64,000 bases of DNA from NCBI GenBank assembly GCA_040770465.1, contig JAXGJB010000002.1, positions 1-64,000 on the forward strand, in the 5' to 3' direction. Below are positions 1-9,408 of the stretch, in pieces; within the stretch, counting starts at the first letter, position 1, and every line of letters starts with the position of its first letter. Origin of the DNA: Methanothrix sp. GTDB lineage: Archaea; Halobacteriota; Methanosarcinia; Methanotrichales; Methanotrichaceae. A model generated the notes under the pieces. It worked only from the letters and a program-made list of their open reading frames with translations, did no database searches and was not told the DNA's origin. A program made the translations under genes and the position numbers.

Positions 1-1800
1 GTCCAGCCGGCAAGGCCAGGCTCATCGGCATCTCTGACGCCGTTGCCGTTCAGGTCGTTGAACTTGACCCCTGAGATGTTAAGGGCAAGCGGAGTGGCCT
101 CATCATCATCATCATCTTCAGGCTCGGTGATGTTCTCGGGTGGCGCTTCAGAGATCGCATTCCCGAAGCTGACATCTGCAGCGTCCGCATCGGATAGATT
201 CACTGATTGGGACCCGGTATCCGGAGCGATCGGCGTCCAGCCGGACTGGGACTCCTCGCTGATGGTGTATGATCCGGCAGCCAGACCTTCGAACATGTAC
301 GATCCGTCTTCAGCGGTCGTCGTCGAGGTCTCGGTCCCGTCAGGTGCGACGAGGTTTATCGTCCAGCCGGCCAGGCCAGGCTCATCAGCATCTCTGACGC
401 CGTTGCCGTTCAGATCGTTGAACTTGAATCCTGTGATGTTCCTTGTCGGCGCCTCAGGGGGCCTGGCCTCCTCCACGTTCCCGAAGCTGACATCGGTGGC
501 GTTCACCTCGGCGAGATCCACAGTCTGGGATCCGGTATCCGGGGCGGTCGGGGTCCAGCCGTCCTGGGAAACCTCGCTGACTGTGTATGATCCGGCAGCC
601 AGACCTTCAAACCTGTACGATCCGTCTTCTGCGGTCGTCGTCGATGTCTCGGTCCCGTCCGGAGCAACGAGGGTTATCGTCCAGCCTGGAAGGCCGGGCT
701 CATCGTCATCCCGGATGCCGTTGCCGTTCAGATCGTTGAACTTGACCCCAGAGATGTTCAGGGCAAGAACAGTGACCTCTTCTTCTTCTTCTTCTTCTTC
801 TTCTTCTTCAGGCTCGGTGATGTTCACCGGAGGCGCTTCAGAGATCGCGTTCCCGAAGCTGACATCAGAGGCGTCCGCCTCGACCAGGTCCACAGTCTGG
901 GATCCGGTATCTGGAGCGATCGGGGTCCAGCCGTCCTGGGACTCCTCGCTGATGGTGTATGATCCAGCGGCCAGACCTTCAAACCTGTACGATCCATCGT
1001 CAGCGGTCGTCGTCGATGTCTCGGTCCCGTCCGGAGCAACGAGGGTTATCGTCCAGCCTGGAAGGCCTGGCTCATCAGCATCTCTGACACCGTTGCCGTT
1101 CAGGTCGTTGAACTTGAACCCGGTGATGTTCCTTGTCGGCGCCTCAGCGGGTCCAGCCTCTGCCGCGTTCCCGAAGCTGACATCAGAGGCGTCCGCCTCG
1201 ACCAGATCCACCGTCTGGGATCCGGTATCCGGGGCGGTCGGGGTCCAGCCGTCCTGGGAAACCTCGCTGACGGTGTATGATCCGGCAGCCAGACCTTCAA
1301 ACCTGTACGATCCATCGTCAGCGGTCATCGTCGATGTCTCGGTCCTGTCCGGGGCAACGAGGGTTATCGTCCAGCCAGCCAGTCCGGGCTCATCGTCATC
1401 CCGGATGCCGTTGCCGTTCAGATCGTTGAACTTGACCCCGGAGATGTTCAGGGTAAGAACGGTGACCTCTTCGACAGGCTCGGTGATGTTCTCAGCGGGC
1501 TCGGCCTCTGCCGCGTTCCCGAAGCTGACATCTGCAACGTCCGCATCGACCAGATCCACCGTCTGGGATCCGGTATCCGGGGCGGTCGGGGTCCAGCCGG
1601 CCTGGAACTCCTCGCTGACGGTGTATGATCCCGCAGCCAGACCTTCGAACCTGTACGATCCGTCCTCTGCTGTCGTCGTCGATGTCTCAGTCCCGTCAGG
1701 TGCGACGAGGTTTATCGTCCAGCCTGGAAGGCCAGGCTCATCGGCATCTTTGACGCTGTTGCCGTTCAGATCGTTGAACTTGACCCCGGAGATGTTCAGG
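1..1800 (-). repeat. Tandem 318-372 bp SdrD-B-like domain repeats, alternating two subtypes
   Basis: GTTGCCGTTCAG(G/A)TCGTTGAACTTGA recurs near 41, 401, 718, 1090, 1408 and 1756. Confidence 0.9.
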
Positions 1801-3167
1801 GCAAGAACAGTGACCTCTTCGACAGGCTCGGTGATGTCCTCCGGAGGCGCCGTGATCGTGAAGACCGAGTCGACCGATCCGTCGTACTCGCCCTCGTGCT
1901 GCCCGTCTCTGACCTGAACTGTGACCGCATGGTCGCCGGGAGCGACTTCAGACGTATCCCACTCCCAGTACCCTTCGTTCGACCATTCCTTTGCCGTCTC
2001 CCCGTCCAGGACGAACTTGAAGTAGACAGGATCCTCGTCGTCGGCAGCCGTCGCCGTCCATCCGACTGTGACACCTGCATTCTGTGGCGACTCTGGTGCA
2101 GCCACCAGCGATGTCACCACAGGCGGGTTATTCGGCGCGTTGATCGTGAATATCGAGTCGACCGATCCGTCGTACTCGCCCTCGTGCTGACCGTCTCTGA
2201 CCTGAACTGTGACCCGATGGTCTCCTGGAGCGACTCTAGACGTATCCCACTCCCAGTAGCCTTCAGTTGACCAGTCCTTCTCCGTCGATCCGTCCAGGAC
2301 GAACTTGTAGTAGACAGGATCCTCGTCGTCGGCAGCCGTCGCCGTCCATCGAACGTTGACTCCAGCATTCTGTGGCGACTCTGGTGAAGCTGTAAGCGCC
2401 CTCACCACAGGCGGGTTGTTCGGTGCCGTGATCGTGAATATCGAGTCGACCGATCCGTCGTACTCGCCCTCGTGCTGACCGTCTCTGACCTGAACTGTGA
2501 CCCGATGGTCTCCTGGAGCGACTCTAGACGTATCCCATTCCCAGTACCCTTCAGTTGACCAGTCCTTCTCCGTCGATCCGTCCAGGACGAACTTGAAGTA
2601 GACGGCGTCCTCGTCGTCGGCAGCCGTCGCCGTCCATCTGACTGTGACACCAGCATTCTGTGGAGACTCTGGTGAAGCTGTAAGCGCCCTCACCACAGGA
2701 GGATTATTTGGTGGCGGAACGTAGATCTCGTTTATCACAAAATCTTTCGTATCTTTTACGTCGTAGACATCCACAGGCTCGTCGGAGGCTTCCCTCGCCC
2801 TGACCTCGATCTGGTTCTGTCCCACGTCAGCCTCGGACGTCCTCCAGGTCCAGGTTGAATCCCTCCGCCAGCCGGTCATATCCTCGAAGATGCCGCCAGT
2901 GGAGGGACCTTTCAGCAGGAACATGTACTCCAGAGGGTCCCCGTCAGGATCGTAAGCATCGGCCGTCCACCTGATCGACATGCCTGGATCCTGGGGGCTG
3001 AATATATCTGATATCAGGCTGTTAAGGATGGGCGGCTGGTTATCCTCCTGCCCAGAGGCTGATATCAGAAATAGCATTCCGAAGATGAAGATGACTGAGA
3101 TCACAAGAAGCTGGTCGAGGTACTTGTGCCCGACCATCTTTCCAAATCCTAACTCCAATCTGCTCAT
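1..3167 (-). CDS. Large secreted/surface protein (3'-partial): signal peptide, about 4 Ig/PKD-like repeats, then at least 6 SdrD-B/Cna-B-like repeats
   Basis: Missing from the ORF track because it runs off the window. Read manually from ATG 3167 (or 3137): MVGHKYLDQLLVISVIFIFGMLFLISASGQEDNQPP. Repeats read FNDLNGNGxRDxDEPGLxGWTIxLVAPDGTETSTTTAxDGSYxFEGLAAGSYT. The + ORF 43..1917 is its antisense shadow. Confidence 0.88.
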   Translation of the reverse strand, partial: MSRLELGFGKMVGHKYLDQLLVISVIFIFGMLFLISASGQEDNQPPILNSLISDIFSPQDPGMSIRWTADAYDPDGDPLEYMFLLKGPSTGGIFEDMTGWRRDSTWTWRTSEADVGQNQIEVRAREASDEPVDVYDVKDTKDFVINEIYVPPPNNPPVVRALTASPESPQNAGVTVRWTATAADDEDAVYFKFVLDGSTEKDWSTEGYWEWDTSRVAPGDHRVTVQVRDGQHEGEYDGSVDSIFTITAPNNPPVVRALTASPESPQNAGVNVRWTATAADDEDPVYYKFVLDGSTEKDWSTEGYWEWDTSRVAPGDHRVTVQVRDGQHEGEYDGSVDSIFTINAPNNPPVVTSLVAAPESPQNAGVTVGWTATAADDEDPVYFKFVLDGETAKEWSNEGYWEWDTSEVAPGDHAVTVQVRDGQHEGEYDGSVDSVFTITAPPEDITEPVEEVTVLALNISGVKFNDLNGNSVKDADEPGLPGWTINLVAPDGTETSTTTAEDGSYRFEGLAAGSYTVSEEFQAGWTPTAPDTGSQTVDLVDADVADVSFGNAAEAEPAENITEPVEEVTVLTLNISGVKFNDLNGNGIRDDDEPGLAGWTITLVAPDRTETSTMTADDGSYRFEGLAAGSYTVSEVSQDGWTPTAPDTGSQTVDLVEADASDVSFGNAAEAGPAEAPTRNITGFKFNDLNGNGVRDADEPGLPGWTITLVAPDGTETSTTTADDGSYRFEGLAAGSYTISEESQDGWTPIAPDTGSQTVDLVEADASDVSFGNAISEAPPVNITEPEEEEEEEEEEEVTVLALNISGVKFNDLNGNGIRDDDEPGLPGWTITLVAPDGTETSTTTAEDGSYRFEGLAAGSYTVSEVSQDGWTPTAPDTGSQTVDLAEVNATDVSFGNVEEARPPEAPTRNITGFKFNDLNGNGVRDADEPGLAGWTINLVAPDGTETSTTTAEDGSYMFEGLAAGSYTISEESQSGWTPIAPDTGSQSVNLSDADAADVSFGNAISEAPPENITEPEDDDDDEATPLALNISGVKFNDLNGNGVRDADEPGLAGW
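1850..2705 (-). repeat. Three 288-bp repeats encoding 96-aa Ig-like domains
   Basis: GAGTCGACCGATCCGTCGTACTCGCCCTCGTGCTG recurs near 1867, 2155 and 2443. Confidence 0.9.
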
Positions 3168-3454
3168 AGTTTCTCGACCCGACTCTCGACCTAACATCTC
3201 TTTGCACCCCTATGCCGGCAGTGAGCCGTTCGCGATCCGGTCTCTATCCGGCCTTTAGAGCTAGGGATGGGAGATTAAGTAATTATTTTTCACATTAGGC
3301 CACTAACCTGTTGCTATTCATGGCCAGAAAGTTCATATGAATCTCTTGTAGGTCCAGCCCGACCCTGGAACTGCAGCTTTCCGGCTGGCCCTCCCAGTCT
3401 ACAGGGAAATGAGTGGAACCTCCCATTATAGCGACCCAACAGGCGTTGAAAGCC

Positions 3455-3961
3455 TCAGGCGAAGGGATGTTTCGCCGAATCCTTCTTCGCGAGGGCCTCT
3501 TTCACCGTAGGTTCGCCCTTCATCGCCCTCTCGATGGCGAGCTTTGTTGCCCTGTAGTTGTAGTCCTGGACCTTCTTTTTGTCCTCGGCGTCCCACTCGA
3601 TGAAGACCGAGACGATGATGAGAAGGTCTTCGGCATCCGCCTCGGGGATCTTCCCATCTGCCACCGAGTCCATCACCGCCTTGGCCACCGCCGCCTGGGC
3701 AGGACCGAAGATCATGAGGGCCTGGGTGGCGTTCGTGATAGTTACCTTGTTCACCATCAGGGTGGCGGGCTTGGGGATGAGGTTCGGCTCCAGGACCGCG
3801 AGAAGCGGGGTGTGGCCCATCCTCGGCGAGGCGAGGGCCGCAACGAAGGCCTGCTCGACAAAGCTCCCCTTTCTTCCGATGACGAGGTCTATGTGGGCGA
3901 CCTCGGGCCCCTCTCCTACCAGCGCCTCGCCTATCAGGGCGTTTTCGAAGTGATGAGTCAT
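3455..3961 (-). CDS. fae: Formaldehyde-activating enzyme
   Basis: IGEALVGEGPEVAHIDL, GHTPLLAVL.PNL..KP.T, FGPAQAAVAKAV.D, C-terminal HPF. Confidence 0.95.
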   Translation of the reverse strand: MTHHFENALIGEALVGEGPEVAHIDLVIGRKGSFVEQAFVAALASPRMGHTPLLAVLEPNLIPKPATLMVNKVTITNATQALMIFGPAQAAVAKAVMDSVADGKIPEADAEDLLIIVSVFIEWDAEDKKKVQDYNYRATKLAIERAMKGEPTVKEALAKKDSAKHPFA

Positions 3962-4127
3962 GTTTCTGTCTCCCCCTGACTGACATACGGGATCAGTCTC
4001 ACCTTATACGTTTGCGATGAAGTTTTATATATTTTCGTTCGCTGTGGGGACGCCGGACCGCTGGAGTGATAAGTCGTCGGAGCCGATGACCAGTCGTCTT
4101 GGAGCGTCTTGGAGGATGAGTCGATCG

Positions 4128-4814
4128 ATGAAGAACGTCGCCTGGGCCGTAACGGGGGCGGGGCACTATCTTGCCGAGAGCTTTGCGGCGATGAGGGCGG
4201 TCTCGCGAGATAACAGGGTCTGCACCTTCGTCTCCCGGGCCGGGGAGGAGGTCGCGAGGATGTACGGCCTCTTCGACCAGCTCTCCGAGATCTCGGGGGG
4301 CGGGTACCTGGAGGAGGTATTCCTGGAGCGGGAGGAGGGTGCGAGCAGCCCAAGCACCGGCCGGTTCATGATGAACAGGTTCGACCTGTTGATCATCGCT
4401 CCCGCCACCGCCAACACCGTCGCCAAGATCGCCGTCGGCATCGCCGACAGCCTGCCGACGAACGCCGCGGCCCTCGCCAACAAGGGGGGTGTTCCCGTCT
4501 ACGTTCTCCCCACCGACGTTTTGGAGAGCACAAAGACCGAACCCCCTTATTCCATCGACAGAGATCTCTGCAGGCAATGTGAGGCGTGCGAGCCGAAAGA
4601 GGCGTGTCCAAAGGGCGCCATCGGGGAGCAGATCGACCTCTTGAAGTGCGACGGCTGCGGGATCTGCAGGGATCTCTGCCCTTACGGCGCCATCAGCAAG
4701 GCCCCGATCACCGTTGTGACCAGGCCTCTCGATAAGGCGAACATCGAGCGTCTGAGGTCGATCCCCGGATTCGTCGTCCTCGAGGGGCCTGAGGATATCG
4801 AGGGGCTGGTCTGA
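4128..4814 (+). CDS. dmrX: Dihydromethanopterin reductase (AfpA-like flavoprotein with 2x[4Fe-4S])
   Basis: AWAVTGAGHYL, APATANTVAKIA.GIADSL, two ferredoxin Cys motifs. Confidence 0.85.
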   Translation: MKNVAWAVTGAGHYLAESFAAMRAVSRDNRVCTFVSRAGEEVARMYGLFDQLSEISGGGYLEEVFLEREEGASSPSTGRFMMNRFDLLIIAPATANTVAKIAVGIADSLPTNAAALANKGGVPVYVLPTDVLESTKTEPPYSIDRDLCRQCEACEPKEACPKGAIGEQIDLLKCDGCGICRDLCPYGAISKAPITVVTRPLDKANIERLRSIPGFVVLEGPEDIEGLV

Positions 4815-4889
4815 TCCCCGAAAGCGAGATTTAAGATAGATAGATGTAAGATTTATCATCTAAGACGCGCGAGCTGGATCGAGGCGAAA

Positions 4890-5435
4890 ATGTCAGTTCT
4901 GGTAGTGAATAACTATGGTCAGTTCAACCACCTGATCCACCGGAGCATAAGAGATCTAGTTCCGGCGAAGATGATCTCGAACCAGACTCCAGCAGAGGAG
5001 ATCGAGGCCGACGGCCTGATCCTCGGCGGGGGTCCGACCCTTGAGCGAGCCGGAAACTGCCCCGAGTACCTGACGAAGCTCGACATCCCGATCCTCGGCA
5101 TCTGTCTCGGCCTCCAGGTGATGGCCGAGACCTTCGGCGGGAAGGTCGAGACGGGCACCGTCGGCGGGTACGCCGAGGTCGATGTCGAGGTGCTGGAGGA
5201 GGACGATATTCTGAAGGGCCTCTCTCCGAAGATCAGGACCTGGGCCTCTCACGCCGACCAGGTAGTCCGGCTTCCTGAGGACTTCCGGGTGCTGGCAAGG
5301 TCCGAGGTCTGCGAGATTGAGGCGATGAGGCACAAAGAGCGGCCTCTCTATGGCGTCCAGTGGCACCCCGAGGTCGTCCACACCGAGGGCGGGATCCAGC
5401 TCCTGGAAAACTTCCTTGAGGTATGTCGGAGATAG
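4890..5435 (+). CDS. guaAA: GMP synthase subunit A (glutamine amidotransferase)
   Basis: [33 protein letters not shown]. Confidence 0.95.
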   Translation: MSVLVVNNYGQFNHLIHRSIRDLVPAKMISNQTPAEEIEADGLILGGGPTLERAGNCPEYLTKLDIPILGICLGLQVMAETFGGKVETGTVGGYAEVDVEVLEEDDILKGLSPKIRTWASHADQVVRLPEDFRVLARSEVCEIEAMRHKERPLYGVQWHPEVVHTEGGIQLLENFLEVCRR

Positions 5436-6103
5436 GCGAGCCCGCCGGTCCCAGCGGCATCGAGGAGATGCTGGCGGATTTTGTGCTCCAGCTTGAGGCG
5501 GCCGAGCGCCTCTCCGCGGAGACCATCGCCCGCGAGATCGTGCGGATCGGCTTTCGGTGCGTGAGGTGCGGCGACTGCTGCCGGGGCGAGGAGAACAGCG
5601 TCGCGGTCTTCCCCTTCGAGGTCAGGGCGATCATCGCCGAGACGGGCGAGAGCTGGCTTGCGGCCGTCGAGCCCCCTCTGGAGGGGGAGTGGGACGCCGA
5701 GGGGAACTTTCACACCCTGGAGTGGCGGCTCCGAAAAGCCGGCCGGGACTGCAAGTACTATTCTGAGGAAGGCTGTCGGATCTACGGCGCAAGGCCCCTC
5801 CTCTGCCAGACCTACCCTTTTTACTTAGATGACGGTCGTCTCCGCTGGTCCGAGTGCCGGGGGCTCGGTGGAGAGATCGACGCCGGGGAGGCTCAGGTGC
5901 TCGCCGAGCTTCTGAAGATGCGGGAGATCGTCGAGATCAGGGAGGCGATCGATCTAATCCGAAAATACGAAGACTTCGAGAGGGGCGAGCCGTCGCCTCA
6001 CGGAAAATGCGTCGTCCACGACAGCGAGGGCGAGCACGAGATCGAATGGTCCAAGATTCCTGGGGCTCTCGGACGGCGGCTTCGAAAGTCGCAGAGATGG
6101 TAA
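5423..6103 (+). CDS. YkgJ family cysteine-cluster protein
   Basis: [10 protein letters not shown] ... CKYY...[16 protein letters not shown] ... CRGLG. Confidence 0.88.
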   Translation: MSEIGEPAGPSGIEEMLADFVLQLEAAERLSAETIAREIVRIGFRCVRCGDCCRGEENSVAVFPFEVRAIIAETGESWLAAVEPPLEGEWDAEGNFHTLEWRLRKAGRDCKYYSEEGCRIYGARPLLCQTYPFYLDDGRLRWSECRGLGGEIDAGEAQVLAELLKMREIVEIREAIDLIRKYEDFERGEPSPHGKCVVHDSEGEHEIEWSKIPGALGRRLRKSQRW

Positions 6104-6115
6104 CGACGCCGAGGG

Positions 6116-7117
6116 CTATCGGTTTGCCGCTGGCGGGATCAATTCTTTGGCCTTCGCTTCGGCGGGATCGATAACACCTTCTTTGAGATTTGCAAGCAGC
6201 ATCTCTTGGCTGTCATAGAGATAAACAGGCAAAACCCAGGGATAGCGTTTGATGTGTTTGAATAGCTCGTATTCATAATCCGAACTTAGCATTAAAGGCT
6301 GAACAGCCACAGATGGAAGCTTCTCTACCACATGCGCCAACTCTGCAGGGACGCTTCTGGGCTCGGTGATATCAGCAATTATGAATCGGGAGAGGTGAGC
6401 TAAGGTAGAAATTGTCTCTGCTGTATCTCGGCTTGCAGGCCCATCGAAATCAAATACTATTGGCAGATAATCCTGTTTCCTCAGTTCATCCCGGATGGCG
6501 TCAAGCACCGTTTTTCGTTCGTCTGTAAACCTGCCCAGAATGAGCACTGCCTTCCTGGCGATGGTATCGATCACGTCTCGTATCTTTGGGCTGTGGAGTA
6601 GCAAGTAAATGAATTGGGCAACTTCCAGGTTGTCCACGGTGATGACTGGCTCATCATCACGAGTGATTATAAGATTGGACTGGCCTTTGGGTATACCTTC
6701 TAATCTCCAGGCAGAAATTCCGTAAACCTTACAATTTGATAGGATCACATCAACAATTTTAGTTTCAACTAACTGGGCACAACTCATGTTAGCATCAGTC
6801 AGGTCAGCCCCACTCATGTCAGCATAAATCAGGTTAGCCCAAGTCAGGTCAGCCCCAATTAGGTTAGCCCCCCTCAGCTTAGCCATAACCAGTCGAGCCC
6901 CGCTCAGGTCGGCCCATCTCAGGTCAGCATCAGTCAGGTCAATCGCGATCAGGTTAGCATCTCTCAGGTTGGCCCCAGCCAGATCAGCCCCAATCAGTTC
7001 AGCATGTAGCAGGTTCGCCCCAGTCAGATAAGGCATTATGTCTGGGTTCTCTTCCCTCCAACGATTCCAGACTTCCACACCCTGCCAGAGAATCCCAAGA
7101 TGCTCATTATCCGCCAC
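6116..7117 (-). CDS. Pentapeptide-repeat protein with C-terminal TIR-like/nucleoside-deoxyribosyltransferase-like alpha/beta domain
   Basis: Probable GTG start 7117 (MADNEHLGILWQGVEVWNRWREENP), A(D/N)Lxx repeats, then VLILGRF...FIIADITEPRSVPAEL; visibly lower GC than neighbours. Confidence 0.85.
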   Translation of the reverse strand: MADNEHLGILWQGVEVWNRWREENPDIMPYLTGANLLHAELIGADLAGANLRDANLIAIDLTDADLRWADLSGARLVMAKLRGANLIGADLTWANLIYADMSGADLTDANMSCAQLVETKIVDVILSNCKVYGISAWRLEGIPKGQSNLIITRDDEPVITVDNLEVAQFIYLLLHSPKIRDVIDTIARKAVLILGRFTDERKTVLDAIRDELRKQDYLPIVFDFDGPASRDTAETISTLAHLSRFIIADITEPRSVPAELAHVVEKLPSVAVQPLMLSSDYEYELFKHIKRYPWVLPVYLYDSQEMLLANLKEGVIDPAEAKAKELIPPAANR

Positions 7118-7166
7118 CGTGCTGACCCCCGCCAAACCTTGCCAAAAGTCTAAAAGACGGGCCCTT

Positions 7167-7418
7167 TCACCGACCCTCGTCCTGGACCTCGTACTCCAGG
7201 GTGCCGATGGCGTGCTTGAAGACGATGATCTTCTTGCCCTTCCCGACGTCCAGGAGCAGCTCGTAGTTGTTGTGCGACTCAAGCTTCGCGATCAGGGGCC
7301 TTCCGTCCATCAGCCTGATCGTCACCTTCTGGCCCACGGCCTTGGGGATGAACTGCTTGGGCTTGGTCGTCTCCTTCTTCGTCTCCTCTTCTCCCTCTCC
7401 CCTCATATCCATGAACAT
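7167..7418 (-). CDS. hfq: Hfq-like Sm-fold RNA chaperone
   Basis: VTIRLMDGRPLIAKLESHNNYELLL...IIVFKHAIGTLEY aligns with Hfq Sm1/Sm2, including the (Y/F)KHAI signature; AGGAG upstream. Confidence 0.8.
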   Translation of the reverse strand: MFMDMRGEGEEETKKETTKPKQFIPKAVGQKVTIRLMDGRPLIAKLESHNNYELLLDVGKGKKIIVFKHAIGTLEYEVQDEGR

Positions 7419-7430
7419 GATCTTCAGCTC

Positions 7431-8180
7431 CTAATGATCTCGAATCGTCCCTTCGAGAAGGCTCTTTCCCTCCTCCGATCGAAAGAGGGGCGGCTCCCAG
7501 TCCTCGACGATCCGCCACCTCTCCCTGCTTCTCTCTTTCCTCCTCGTATTTTCCTCCCCCTCTTCGCCGCCCTCGGCTTTCGCCACCTCTGCCCGGCGGA
7601 TCAGAATCCCCCGCCTCTGCCACGCCGGGCTCTTGGCGAGGTTTGTGCCCCTCGCAAAGAGCATCTCGTGGATCTCGGCCTCCTTCATCCCTCGGAGGCG
7701 GCCCATCGCCTCGTCGGGGGCGAGGCCGTCGTCGATGAGGGCGTAAAAGCCGCTGGAGAATACGTGGTTTCTCCAGGCCTCGTCCTGCCTTCCGGCGAAG
7801 TACTCGTATATCTCGCCGGGGCAGAGGGGGATCGACCTCGCGTCCATGGCGACGGCTTTTCCGAGGCCGATGGAGAGGAAGCCCGAGAGGGACCCCGCCA
7901 CCACCGAGTCGATCTTCTCCAGCCGGCCGTTGAAGGGCGCCTCGCCGAATAGGAGGTTCACCTCGTCGGAGAAGGTGAAGGCGAGGGAGGCTGCGAGCCC
8001 CGACCCCTCGACGAACGCCCTCGCCGCCGTCGCCATCGCCCTCGCGAATTCGAGGTCGTGGGGCTTATCGGCTTTGCTGAGCAGCTTTCCAAACCCCCTC
8101 CCGTCGGCCCTCACCACCAGTGGAGCCCGGACCCGGAGGTCGGAGTAGACCTCGCGGCGATCAGCCCTTCTTCTCGTCAT
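7431..8180 (-). CDS. thg1: tRNA(His) guanylyltransferase Thg1-like protein (3'-5' polymerase)
   Basis: VVRADGRGF, FSDEVNL, PFNGRLEKIDS, RQDEAWRN, PAWQRRG. Confidence 0.93.
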   Translation of the reverse strand: MTRRRADRREVYSDLRVRAPLVVRADGRGFGKLLSKADKPHDLEFARAMATAARAFVEGSGLAASLAFTFSDEVNLLFGEAPFNGRLEKIDSVVAGSLSGFLSIGLGKAVAMDARSIPLCPGEIYEYFAGRQDEAWRNHVFSSGFYALIDDGLAPDEAMGRLRGMKEAEIHEMLFARGTNLAKSPAWQRRGILIRRAEVAKAEGGEEGEENTRRKERSRERWRIVEDWEPPLFRSEEGKSLLEGTIRDH

Positions 8181-8430
8181 CGCTGTAAGGCGCGGGCACG
8201 GTGCCGAAGTGCTTTGTGATTATGATGTCCCCGACGGCGGTGACCCCCAGATAGGGTATGATGATCCCCTTCCCCTTGAGGTCGAGGAAGGACTTGTTGA
8301 CGTTCCCAAGAGCAAGGCCGCTCACCTCGCCTACATCCGGGTCGAGGACCACGTCGTCGACCCTCCCGACGAAGATCCCCTTCTGGGTGTAGACGTCCTG
8401 ATCCAAAAGTGCGGTAATTTCGATGCGCAT
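8161..8430 (-). CDS. PRC-barrel domain protein
   Basis: DVYTQKGIFVGRVDDVVLD...IPY..VTAVGDIII. Confidence 0.88.
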   Translation of the reverse strand: MRIEITALLDQDVYTQKGIFVGRVDDVVLDPDVGEVSGLALGNVNKSFLDLKGKGIIIPYLGVTAVGDIIITKHFGTVPAPYSDDEKKG

Positions 8431-8847
8431 CTCGTCCCCTCCTTACCGATTTACGCTCTCATATCTTAAATCTTCTGATCAGTTCTGCCCGGCAAAATAT
8501 GGATCTTCAAGGAATCCCTCAGAGGCTTGCGCGATGACGGATCCGGGCCGGGCTTGGCCGATCCGATGCCTCCGGTGCCGGAAAAGAGATCGATGGAGAG
8601 ATGGAGATGATCCAGAATGCGTTTGATCTGATCAAAAAGAGGCATCGCATCCTGCCAGACAGGACGGTTCACGATGAGATTGAAGCTGGAAGGGGTCGCG
8701 CCCGCGCCCCTCCCAGCACCCCCTTCATCATCCTCCCCTCCCTTTGGGGAGATCTTCATCATCTTGATGCCGGGAGGAAGAGGAGGTGAAGGATGAGACC
8801 CTCCCGGCGTCGGTCCCCCTGTGCCGACTTTCTCTTGCGGAGTTGTA

Positions 8848-9408
8848 TCATCGCCAATTTCGGAACGTCTGATGAGGATCGGAGGATTGAGCCGGGTCAG
8901 TCGCCCCGGCGGTCCAGGCCACGGATGATCCCAATAATCCCGACGATCCCGCCATCCCCGGTCCAGTCTTGTCTGGATGCAGGTCTGCCACTGCAGGACG
9001 CTGGTTGTACCAGCCCCAAATGTATCGGGGGCTGGACGGTCCCACGGGCGTCAAGAGATTGAGGTTGCTGCCCGCAGGCGTCACCTCTGGCCAGAAGTAG
9101 TGGTTCATGGTCATGTACCCGTGATGGTAATATGTCCCATCCGGCCAGGACGTCCCCATATTGTGCCCCGGTTCGTACTCCGACCACCCGAAAGATGAAA
9201 ACGACATGCTGGAGCCCGTGGTCGCAAACGTCGCCGTGCCAGCCCCCGCGGCGGTGGCGGACGAGACCGCCGTCGCCAGGATCATCGCCAACAGAGATAT
9301 AGTCCCCATTATGTAAGGAAGGTTCTCCTTTGCGAACGCCTCCTTCGCGAATCTCTTCAGGGACTCTTCGCCCAATTTAGTCGTAGCCAACCCCCCAACC
9401 ATGCTCAA
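8848..9408 (-). CDS. Hypothetical secreted/membrane protein
   Basis: 186-aa ORF with AGGTGA RBS, upstream TTTAAA box and hydrophobic segment ISLLAMILATAVSSA. Confidence 0.55.
   Translation of the reverse strand: MSMVGGLATTKLGEESLKRFAKEAFAKENLPYIMGTISLLAMILATAVSSATAAGAGTATFATTGSSMSFSSFGWSEYEPGHNMGTSWPDGTYYHHGYMTMNHYFWPEVTPAGSNLNLLTPVGPSSPRYIWGWYNQRPAVADLHPDKTGPGMAGSSGLLGSSVAWTAGATDPAQSSDPHQTFRNWR

Noticed and set aside
43-1917. 624-aa Ser-rich + strand ORF
   Set aside because: Antisense shadow of the minus-strand surface protein, which has a signal peptide and recognisable domains
7118-7282. N-terminal extension of the pentapeptide ORF overlapping hfq (possible fusion or frameshift)
   Set aside because: The family-typical start is GTG 7117; the extension is an alternative frame of hfq and no slippery site is evident
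7431-8180. Pyrrolysine read-through in Thg1, as in Methanosarcina acetivorans
   Set aside because: The ORF has no in-frame TAG
8460-8850. Short ORFs on both strands
   Set aside because: No motifs, conflicting frames, none clearly preferred
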